DNA from: an uncultured Planctomycetota bacterium
GTDB lineage: Bacteria; Planctomycetota; Planctomycetia; Isosphaerales; Isosphaeraceae
Direction of reading: 5' to 3'
DNA: 64,000 nt
Assembly: GCA_963823665.1 (NCBI GenBank)
Contig: CAWGMQ010000008.1
Span: forward strand, 512,001-576,000
In this document: in pieces, positions 9,386 through 20,500 of the stretch
Position numbering within the stretch: position 1 is the first letter of the stretch
Layout of the letters: the number at the start of each line of letters is the position of its first letter
The notes under the pieces: model-generated
What the model was told of the DNA's origin: nothing
Database searches by the model: none
What the model saw: only the letters and a program-made list of their open reading frames with translations
Translations under genes and position numbers: made by a program

Positions 9386-9513
9386 CAAGACACCCAGCGT
9401 TTTGGCGAATTTGAGGCAGCCACGGACGGATCACTCGCAGAGAATGGGTGTCCGGCTGCGCCTTTCCCCGCACGGTCTCATCTTTGGCTCCCGACAAAAG
9501 GGTGGGTATCTTG
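9386..9513. repeat. About 130-bp dispersed element, copy 3
   Basis: caagacaccca ... tgggtatcttg (10/11 inverted match), in the same orientation as copies 1 and 2. Confidence 0.8.
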
Positions 9514-9749
9514 CTTCCCATCGCGCCGCGCAGCGCCGCGCGCATTCCCCGACGCTCGACCAGTGCGGCAAAAAATCACAGCCTCGGCGCGAAGGGCGAC
9601 AATGGGCGAAGTGCGGCGCAAGCCAGTTCGACCGAGGCGCCCGGTTTCGGGCGGCAGGGAAACCGGCCGAGCCGGGAAGCTGGGTTGCGCGGTCTGCCCT
9701 GCGCCGAGCCCTCCGCCGCCTGCGGCGGCACCTCCACCACGCGGGGGGA

Positions 9750-11030
9750 CAGGGCTGTTGACTAATTGAGGATACCCAGTTTGGCGAAGAGCGTCCGGAC
9801 TTGGGAAGCATTGCGACGAACGGACTCGGCGATGTTGGTCGCGCCAGTGATTCGAAGGAATCCGATCGCTGCATTACGCAGCGCAGCCATGATTTCCGGA
9901 CCGGACCCCTTGCGGATTCGGCTCTTATCCTCGGCGAACGTGACGTCACGCACGTAGTGGGATCGATTCTCGATGGACCAGTGGCCCCGTCCCCAAGCAA
10001 GCAAATGGCTGGCGTTGCCGAGAGCGCGGGGAACGCTGGTAATGAAATAGCGAGTCTCGTTTGAAACCTCTCCGCCTTGCTCAACCACACTCTCAATCTG
10101 CCCGACCTGAGCCACGCCGGGCCAATCCAGATACTCATTCAATGCTGTCGTTGCCTTCAAGGTGCGGCGTTCACGACGACCATGGCCCTTGTCTATGCTC
10201 GTGGTCGTGTCCTGCGCCTGTTCCCAGATTCGTCGCTGTTTAGGGGGAAAAAGCCGCCTCGGTTGATGCGTCGAAGGCGGCCTTAATATCGTTGAGGAGC
10301 GTCGGCTGGTTGTCCTTCACAAACCAAAAGTAGTGGCCGCGTGCATCGATGACCTGCTGGGAAAGATCACGCTGGCAGAACATGGCGTCGCCGGTTACCA
10401 CTCGCCCCTCCAGAACGATACCTCGGAGCAACTGAAGAGCTGTCTTGTGCTCGTTGGTCTTGTTTTCGCCGCCGTTGGGGACCTGTGTCTGAGCCAACGT
10501 TAATCCCGACTCGTGCGCTACCAAGGAGAGCAGGTGGACCGCCTTCTCGAGGCCGTCGAAGCTGCCACGAGCTGTCTTGCCATCGAGAGCAAAAGCTTCC
10601 GGCGGCGAAGGCTCGCTTGAGACTGGACGGTCCAGCAACGATTCGGCCCACCGGCTCAGAGCGTCCTCGAAGGCCTTTGGGTCTAATGCGATCAGAACCT
10701 TGCGAATGCCGCCCATCTTCGGAGGTCTGCGAGTGAAGCCAAGTCGATGCATCAGCCCGATGTCTTGGTCCCGTGCCCATTGCGCAATGGCAGAATAGCT
10801 CTTCGCACCACACATGACGGCACAACACACCAACGCAAGAATGGCCGACAGCGGATGTTGTCGGCCATGCCGACTGCGAGGATCGGGAACAACGGCAAGA
10901 AAGGAAAGAAGACTGCCGGTGGTTTGGGCTTCCATGCGATGCCTCCATGCCGAAAATCCTTGGTGTGGGCGGTTTCCATACCGATAGAACCTTTCCTATC
11001 TGCCTCAGGCTCAATCTGTCAACAGCCGTG
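9750..11030 (-). mobile_element. ISAs1-family insertion sequence (1281 bp)
   Basis: Terminal inverted repeats cagggctgttgactaattgag (9750-9770) and the reverse complement of 11010-11030, cacggctgttgacagattgag (18/21 match). Flanking direct repeat GGGGGA at 9744-9749 and 11031-11036. Confidence 0.9.
9762..10935 (-). CDS. ISAs1-family (H-repeat associated) DDE transposase, split into two frames joined by a +1 shift near 10243
   Basis: ORF1 has VPDPRSRHGRQHPL, ALDGKTARGS, KTNE, VTGDAMFCQ and VKDNQPTL. The +1 frame continues DKGHGRRERR...RYFITS...RGHWSIENRSHYVRDVTFAEDKSRIR...LRNAAI. Confidence 0.88.
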
Positions 11031-11073
11031 GGGGGAGGAACGCGTTGCTTTTCGATAACTTTTAGTTACATTG

Positions 11074-11316
11074 TTAGTTCAAGTTTTGTCTGTAACCGCG
11101 CGATTGCGGTTGCGGAGACAAGGCTTCGATCACGATCGTTGGAGCAGGGCCGGCCGTCTCGTTACGTCGAGTGTATGTTGAACGCCGAACAGACCGGGCC
11201 GAAGGCGGCGGAGCCGCTTCGACGCGCTCCAGGTCATCCGCTGTGAAGCGCAGGGAATTGTGGTCGCCCGCGTGAGCGCGACCGAGGAGATCGTGGAAGA
11301 GATCTTTTGGCGGCAT
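11074..11316 (-). pseudogene. Remnant of an ECF sigma factor gene (N-terminal fragment)
   Basis: MPPKDLFHDLLGRAHAGDH matches MPPEDPFEDLVDRVRAGNQ of the ECF at 3-596 at 10 of 19 residues; similarity is largely lost afterwards. Confidence 0.55.
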
Positions 11317-11355
11317 CGCCGGCTGGTCAAAGGAAATCGGGCGATTCTGGAATGA

Positions 11356-11396
11356 TTTTGTCCGGATTGCGGGCGCCGGCGCTGTATGGACATAGA
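11356..11396 (+). promoter_or_regulatory. Candidate ECF promoter (TTTTGTCC box) upstream of giant gene 1
   Basis: ttttgtccgg at 11356 has the same core as the motifs at 36706 and 42639, but the downstream half matches only weakly. An inverted TTTTGTCC lies at 11488-11481. Confidence 0.35.
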
Positions 11397-11546
11397 GGCT
11401 CCGTCGAGAACGGAAGCGAACTGCGCCAGGAATTGGCTTGAACGGCCGGTATCGGGCCGCGTCCAGGGCGCTCCGACCTTGGACAAAATGCAACATCCAC
11501 GCTGAAGACTTGTGGTCAGAGATTCTTGAGCCGCGAGGCATGCACC

Positions 11547-14500
11547 ATGGATAAAAGTCGTCGTTCGGATTCCCGGCGCACGAAGGTTCCCGCGAAAAGT
11601 AAGAACCGGCGCGTGCTGGTGATCGAGATTCTTGAAAAGCGATTGCTGCGCTCGGTGTTCCCCGTCACCACGAACGATGACAACGGCACCGGGTCACTGC
11701 GCTCCGAGATCGCTCTGGCCAATGCGGATCCGATCGCGAATGGGCGGGACATGATCGAGACCAGTTCGTCGAGCTTGGGGACGATCTACCTCCTGTCGAC
11801 TCTGCCGCCGGTGACCCGTCCCGACGTGACGATCGAAGGCCTCAACATCGACGGGAGCAACATCAGCAGTAGCAACGGCCCGGGAGTCTACAACGGACTG
11901 ACCATCCAGGGCACCGGCAACGCGGTCATGGATCTTGACGTCTCCGGCTTCAGCGGGACGGGGATCCTGGTGATGGCGGGCTCGGTTCAGATCACGCAAA
12001 GTCAGATCGTCGACAATGGGGCAGATGGGGTCGATGTGGACGGAAGCTCGGCCGTCGTCAGTGACAATGTGATTTCAGGAAATAAGGGCAACGGACTCAC
12101 GGTGAGCGGCCCGGGCGGATCGAACTCCTTGATTGTCGGCAACATGGTCGGGCTGAACGCCGCGGGCAACGCGGCTGACGCGAACGGCGGATCCGGTGTC
12201 GTGATCAGCGGATCAAGCGGCAACACGATTGGCGGCACGGCGGCCGGAGCGGGCAACGTCATCAGCGGAAACAGCCAGTTCGGGATTGAGATTAATGGAT
12301 CATCGAGCAACTTGATGATCAACAATATCATCGGGCTGACGGCCGATTCTTCCGCCGCGCTCGGTAACGGCATCAATGGAATCAACATCGAGAACGGTTC
12401 GACTTCCAACACGATTGGTGGCACCGGGCAGGATGACGGCAATCGGATCGTTTGCACTGATCCGGGATTCTCTGCCATCGGGATCGGCAATGACGGTGAT
12501 GGATCGAACGACAATTTGATCGAGGGGAACACAATTAATCTCAGCGCCGATGGCAACTCCTCGCTGGGTGTCGGCAACGGGATCTACATCGGGTCCGATC
12601 ACAACACTGTCGGGGGGACTGCGGCGGGGGCGCGGAACGTCGTCGTGGGCGCGGGGGGATACACGGCAATCTGGCTGAACTCATCCGGGTCGTTCGATAA
12701 TCTGATCGAAGGGAACTATGTCGGCACGACCGCCGACGGAACTGGCTCCGCCGACGGCGGCACCGGATTCTCGATCGACTTCGCCTACGACAATACGATC
12801 GGCGGGAACGTTTCTGGTGCTGGTAACGTGATCTCTGGAAACGCCGGAGACGGTATCGATTTCCAGAACGCAGATGGAAACATCGTCGCTGGGAACTTGA
12901 TCGGGACCGGGGCGACCGGGACGTCCGCGGTTCCAAACGATTCCGGTGGAATCGTCCTCGAGCAGGGCTCCTCAAACAACACGATCGGCGGATCAGTCGC
13001 GGGTTCTGGAAACGTCATCGCAGGTAACGGTGGTTACGGCGTGATCGACAACGCCCAGGGCACGCAGTCAAACTATCTGACCGGGAACCACATCGGCGGC
13101 AACGCCTCGACGAGCAGTGCGCTCCGTAATGCCAGCGGAGGGGTTCTCGCATCGGGCGGCGCTGCTCTGTCCATCGGTTCCGGATCGGTGATTTCCGGCG
13201 GAATCATGGTCTCACAGGGCGCCGTCATGGAGGTTCGCGGATCGGGCGATCACATCAGCGGAAAACTAAAGATCGAGTCGAGTCAAGGTTCTCAACGTCT
13301 TCGGCTCGAGCAACTCGTTCTCAGGTGGAGTGACAGCCAAGAGCGGCGGCCCGCTGAGCGTTTTCGGCACGAATAACCGCATCAGCGGTGGAATTCTCAT
13401 CAGCGGGGGCAACATCACGGTCTTTGGCAGCGACAATTCTGTCTCAGGCTCGGTGGAGCTGAATGGGAGCGGGCTGCTGAAGCTGACCGGTACGAGCGAC
13501 AAGTATTCGGGTAGCGCCTCGGAGAACGGCGATGCCGCCGTGCAGATTTACGGCAAGGACAACGCGATGTACGGCAGCCTCGCGATCAACGGGGGCGCGT
13601 CGCTCGCCGTGGGCTCAAACGCGCTGCTTGCGGGCATTGTGACGGTCAACGATTCCGGCCACGTCGACATCACCGGCTCCAACAACCGGATCGCTGGGGG
13701 AATCGTACTCGACAACAGCAAAAGGATGACCGTCGCCGGGTCTGGCAACGCGGTGTCAGGCGACCTGACGGATGCCGGAGGCGCGCCCATTCATATTTCC
13801 GGCAGCCTGCTCATCAGTCGTGGTGTGCTGACACTCGAATCGAATGCCGTCATCACGGGAAGCCTGACGGTCAATAGAGCCGGAGCTGTGCACATCTCGG
13901 GGTCAAATAACGTGATCTCGGGCAACGTCGGGCTCGGCACGGCTCAGCAGGGTTCGGGTCACGGCTCCACCATTAGCAGAGGCATTCTCACGGCCTCCGG
14001 CTCGTCGAACAGGATTACCGGTAGCCTGTTAGTCAAGGCGGGCGCTTTGACCATCTCCGGCACGGGCGCGTCGCTCGCGGTCGACGGCGCCACGACCTTC
14101 GCGAGTGCGTCGTTCTTTGGGGGAGGAAGCCTGCTGGTCCAGGACGGGGCTTCGTTCACCGCGAGTGGGTCTGTGATGGTCTCCAGCGGCACACTGTCGG
14201 TCGCGAGCGGCGGCACGATCAGTCTTCCGGGACTGACATCAGTCCCGGCGGAGAGTTTCGACGTCGACTTCAGCGCTCAGGGCACCAACAGCGAGATCAA
14301 TCTCTCGAATCTGACGAGCTTTGCGGGCTCCAGCAACAGTATCGAGGACACCAATGGCGCCACGGTGCTGCTCAACAACGCGCTGACCAGCATCGACGGC
14401 GCGATTATCACGGTGGACGCCACAGCACACATCAATCTCGGTCAACTCGTCAAGTTGACAAACGGCGGCCTGACGGTCGACGGGGGCTCGTACACGCTGT

Positions 14501-17500
14501 CAAACCTGTCTGATGTTGACGGATCGATCTTCGAGGTACAGGACGGCGGCAGCCTGGATTTGCCTGCCGTGGATGACATCGCGTACGGAACCTCAGCGGG
14601 TTTTCCCGCTACGACGTTCGATGCTGGGAATTATGTCTATCCAGGCAACCTCATCTCAGCGGGCGTCATCAGCCTGCCAAACCTGGAGTCGATCAGCGTT
14701 CCCTTTTACGGCGTGAATATCGGCTCTCTGGGCTCAGGGAGCCAGGTGGCTGTTCCGAAACTGACCACAATCAACGGGGGCAGCCTCAGCGTCACGAGCG
14801 ACGGCAGCGTCCTGGACGGCAGCCTGACGAGCTTGAACGCTGTGGTGGTGAACCTCGATGGGACGGGTACGATCCAGACGAGCCAGTGGGTGAGCCTGAC
14901 AAACGGCACCTTGAGCGTCAGTGGAGACTATTCATCGACGACGTCGCCGCCCTTTGCAAGCCTCTCGAACATCGACGGGTCGACCATCTCCGTGGGAGGA
15001 ACAGCAGGTGATCTGACGCTTCCCGGCGTCACCAGCATCTCGATTGACTCGCCTGATTACGGCTCCACGACCCTCCAGGCCGGCGATTACGAAGACGGCA
15101 CCCTGCTTTCGACCGGCGCGCTGAGTTTGCCTGATCTGACCACGATCTCAACGGACGGGAATTATGTGCAGATCTCGGCTGAGGGGGATGGGAGCGAAGT
15201 GATTCTCCCGGAATTGACGAGCGTCACCGCGGCAGGTGGAGATAGCGTCGTCAATATCCAGGCCCAGGTGGGTGGCCAGATTCTACTTCCCGCGCTGACC
15301 CAGGTTAATGCCAACGGCCCGAACTTTGGTGAGTTCGGAGTCGCAATCGAGTCGACCGGCGCTGGCAGCATCATCGACCTCACCTCGCTGACCACCATCT
15401 CGGCCGGAGGCTCCGGAGCCACACTTAACTCCACGAGCGGCGGCGCCATCAGTCATCCCGAGCTCACGTCGCTCGACGGTGTGACCATCGTCACCGATCC
15501 GACCGCCACGCTTGCGGTGCAAGATGAAGCCACCTATTCATTCACCGGCGGGGCAAACATTGTCCAGACCGGAACTTTCGAGATCGAGGGCGCTCTCAGC
15601 GTCCAGAATACGGCCACACTCAACGTCAAGGGCTCGATCACGGTCGACAGCGAGGGCGCGATCGCGACGTCACCGGGAAGTACCATCGATGTCAGCGGCA
15701 ATTTGCTGGGCGCTACCCTGAACTCGGATGCCTTCGCACCGCAAGGAAACGTCGTGTTCGACGGTGCCGGAGGCACCAGCAACCCACCACAACGCCTCGA
15801 AGCCATGTCGGAGGACATGGGGAACGTCACGGCCGGTTACACCAACAACTTCGATTACGGCACGCTCAAGCTGACCGCCAACACGTACGTCGAGCTGGTT
15901 GACCAGTCCGCCAACTCCCCGGGTAATGCGCCCAACGCCGTGTACGTGAACAACCTGATCGTGCCGTCCGGTGCCACCCTCAACCTGAATGGCCTGCACC
16001 TTTACGCCGTCAGCGCGACGGTCGCGGGAACCATCACCGGCGGTGTGATCTCAACGCTCACCGACGAATGGATTTCGACGGCCAGTGGGAACTGGAATGT
16101 CGGCAGCAACTGGAGCACGGGGGCCGTTCCCACAGCGAATGAACCTGTGATCATCAACGTGCCGGGGGCGAGCCCGACCATCACGATCAGCTCGGGGTCT
16201 TACTCTGTCTATTCCATCGCGGCGAGCGATCCGTTATCGATTACCGGCGGCTCGCTGACCGTCGCGGCGAACTCGACGATCAGCGGCGGCTTGTCGATGA
16301 CGGGAGGGTCGCTTGAAGCCAACGGATTGGGCGTTTCCCTCACGGTCACTGGTGCTGTGACAGTTTCGAGCGCGAGCCTCTACGCCGAAGGCGGCGCGAC
16401 GCTCGCGATTCCCGGATTGAACAATTACGCAGCCCCTGGTTTTACCACCCTCGAAGCGACTGGCAGCGGAAGCGTTCTGGACCTATCGGGCCTGACCAGC
16501 ATCTCGGATGGCTCTTACCAAGACACGGTTGAAGCGATTTCCGGCGGAACCGTCAACTTGAACAGTCTCGCCACCCTCGCCGCCAACCTGACGCTCGAGG
16601 CTGAGTACAGCGGAAGCGTTCTCAACCTCCCTGACCTCACAAGCTTCACCGTTGGCAGCGCGTTCGCCGTCGGCGGCGCCGATCTGCTCGCCGAGAATGG
16701 CGCTGCGGTTGACTGCCCACAACTCGAAGCACTCAACACTGTCTCCTTGACAGTCAGCGACACCGCCAGCGTTTCGCTCGGAAGCGTCACGAACATTGAC
16801 GGATCGAGCGTGACCGCGGAGAACGGCGCCACCGTTTCGCTACCGGGAGTTACCAGCTATTCATCGCCCGGGCTCACCACGCTCGAAGCGACCGGCACCA
16901 ATAGCGTCCTGAACCTTTCGAAGCTGAGCACGATTTCTGACACAGGCTATCAAACCGACATCGAATCGCTCTCCGGCGGGACGGTAAACCTCAACCTGCT
17001 CAGCACTCTGGTCGCCAACGTGTCACTCGAGTCACAGTCGAGCGGGAGCGTGCTCAACATTCCGGATCTAATGAGTTTCACCGTCGGCAGTGCGTTCGCC
17101 GTCGGCGGCGCGGCGCGTGCGCTCTAAGCGGGGCAACGGTCAGCTCGCCTCAACTTGCGACGCTCAACGGAGTATCCCTGACAATCACTGGCGGCGGCAC
17201 CCTCGTTGATCCAGATCTATCTACGATTATAAATAGCACGGTCACAACTGACCCAACGGGCACATTCCCGGTGCCCGCCAATGAAACCTTCTCATTTCCG
17301 AGCGGCACGACGACGATCAACACCGGAACCGTGCTTGACCAGGGCACTCTGAACGTCGACGGCACTGCCACGGTCAACATCTCGGGCGGTCTGACGATCA
17401 ACGGCCAAGGAGCCCTATCATCTTCATCGGGCACAACCCTCGATGTCACCGGCAGCCTCCTCGGAGACACCACTAACGTCGCCGGTTTCAATCCACAGGG

Positions 17501-20500
17501 CAGCGTTGTGCTCGACGGCAACGATACGAGCAGCTCGCCTCAACTCCTGGAGGCGATGTCGGAGGACCTTGGGAACGTCACGGCCGGATTCAACAACAAC
17601 TTCGCTTACGGCACGCTGAAGCTGACCTCGAACACCTACGTCGAGCTGGTAGACGAAGCCGCCAACGCGCCTGGCACTGCACCCAACGCCGTTTACGTCA
17701 ACACGCTCGTCGTGCCGTCCGGGGCAACCCTCAACCTGAATGGTCTGCACGTTTACGCCCTCAACACGACGATCGCGGGAACCATCACCGGTGGCGTGAT
17801 CTCACCGGTCACGGTCAACTGGATTTCGACGGCGAGCGGGAACTGGAATGTCGGCAGCAACTGGAGCACGGGCGTCGTTCCCACCTCGAATGAAGCGGTG
17901 GTCATCAACGTAGCGGGGGCCACTCCGACCATCACGATCAGCTCGGGCTCTGAGTCCGTGTATTCCATCGCAGCCAGCGACCCGTTATCGATCACCGGCG
18001 GTTCGTTGACGGTCACTTCCGCCTCGACGATCAGTGGTGGCTTGTCGATGACGGGCGGGTCGCTCGTCGCGAGCGGCGCGGGGACGTCGCTCACGGTCAC
18101 AGGGACCACGACGGTTTCCGTGGCGAGCCTTTATGCCGAGGGAGGGGCAACGCTGGCTCTTCCGGATCTGACCAGCTATTCCGGCGGTGGCGACTCCTCG
18201 ACGTCGACCCTGCAGGCGTCGGGCACCGGCAGCCTCCTCTCGTTGCCCAACCTGGCTAGCATCGCCGGCATCTTTGCTTCCGACTCGTCCGTTCAGGTCG
18301 GGCCCGTGTCGGGAGGGGACGTCGAGCTGCCCCTGCTAACACAAAGCACCGGGCCGGTTGTCCTGTCCAGCGCGAGCGGAAGCGGCACGCTCGACGTGGC
18401 CGAGCTGAGCACGTTCACCAGCGGGACGATCTCGGACTCAGGCGGCACACTCAGCCTTCCCTCGCTGACAAACGCGAGCTCGACCACGTTTCAGATCAGC
18501 GGCGGAGTCGCATTGTCGCTGCCGACGGTCACCAACGCCAACTATGCGAACTTCGAGGTGAGCGGCGGGGCCTCGCTCACGCTGGCGGGCCTCACCGGCT
18601 ACACGGGCGGCAGTGACTCGACGACTTCGACCGTAAGGGCGTCGGGCACCAGCAGCCTCCTGTCGTTCCCGAACCTGGCCACCATCACCGCCATCGCCGC
18701 GTCCGACTCGTTCGTGCAAATCGGGACGTCGTCGGGAGGGGACGTCGAACTGCCGCTGTTGACACAGATGACCGGGCCGGCTGTGTTGTCGAGCGCGGGC
18801 GGGAGCGGAACGCTCGACGTGCCCGAGCTGAGCACATTCATCGGCGGGACGATCTCCGACGCTGGTGGCACGCTGAGCCTGCCCTCGCTCTCAAACGCGG
18901 GCTCGACCACGTTTCAGATCAGCGGCGGAACAGCCATGTCGCTGCCCTTGGTCACCGACGCCGATTATGCGAACTTCGAGGTGAGCGGCGGTGCCTCGCT
19001 GACGCTTGCGGGCCTGATGAGCTACACCGGCGGTGGGGATTCCCACACTTCGACCCTTCAGGCGTCGGGCACCGGCAGCCGGCTTTCGCTGCCCAAGCTG
19101 GCCACCTTCACCGGCATCAGCGCCTCTGACTCCTCCGTCGATGTCAACGCACTGTCGACAGGGGACGTGGAGCTGCCCCTGTTAACACAAAGCACCGGGC
19201 CGGTCGTGTTGTCGACCAACAGCGGCAGCACGCTCGACGCGGCCGAGTTGAGCACGTTCACGGGGGGGACAGTCTCCGACTCCGGCGGCACGCTCAACCT
19301 GGCCTCGCTGACGAACGCGGGCTCGACCACGTTTCAGATCAGCGGCGGAGTCGTGATGTCGCTGCCCTTGGTCACCAGCGCCGATTATGCGAACTTCGAA
19401 GTGAGTGGCGGCGCCTCGCTGACGCTGGCAGTCCTGGCCAGCTACGCGGGCGGCGGCGGCTTCGCGTCCACGACTCTCCAGGCGTCGGGGACGGGCAGCC
19501 TCCTCTCATTGCCTGACCTGGCGACGCTCACCGCGAGCACGGCATTCGACTCCTCGGTACCGATCAATGCACTGGCATCAGGGGACGTGGAACTGCCTTT
19601 GTTAACACAGATGACCGGACCGGCTGTGTTGTCAAGCACCACCGGCAGCACGCTCGACACGGCCAAGCTGAGCACATTCAACGGGGGGACGATCAACGAC
19701 TCCGGCGGGACGATCAACCTGGCGTCGCTGACGAACGCAAGCTCAACTACTTTTCAGATCAGCGGCGGGGTCATGATGTCGCTGCCGACGGTCACCGAAG
19801 CCGACTATGCTAACTTCGAGGTGAGCAGCGGCGCCTCGCTGACGCTGGCGGGGCTGACGAGCTACACGGGCGGGGGTGGCTTCGCGACCTCGACCCTCCA
19901 CGCGACAGGGACGGGCAGCCTTCTCTCGCTGCCCAAACTCCAAACGCTCGGTGCGAGCACGGCATTCGACTCCGCGGTGCAGGTAGACGCACTGTCGTCA
20001 GGAGACGTGGAGCTGCCTCTGGTGACGCAGATTTCCGGGCCGGTTTCGCTGGAGAGCAACGGCACGGGAAGCGTGCTCGATTTGTCGGACCTGCCGAGTC
20101 TGACCGGCAACGGGGCAGCCGAGTCGCTCACGATCACCCAGGGTGGAACGGTCACGGACCCCGATCTCACGACGTTCGCCAACGTGACGATCACGTTGGA
20201 TCCGACAGCCACATTCACCGTGCCCGCGAGCGAGACCTTCACGTTCCCGAACAGCACGACGGGGATCAAGACCGGCACGGTCCTCGATCAAGGCGATCTG
20301 AATCTCCAGAATAGTGCGGTGCTCAACATCAACGGCGGCCTGACCATCAACGGGCAGGGAGGGCTTTCCACTTCCTCGAGCTCAGCTCTCGAAGTTAGCG
20401 GCAACCTGCTGGGGACCACCATCAACGCAGCCGCTTTCAATCCACTCGGAACCGTGATCCTGGATGGCGCCACAGGCACGAGCAATCCGCCACAACTCGT

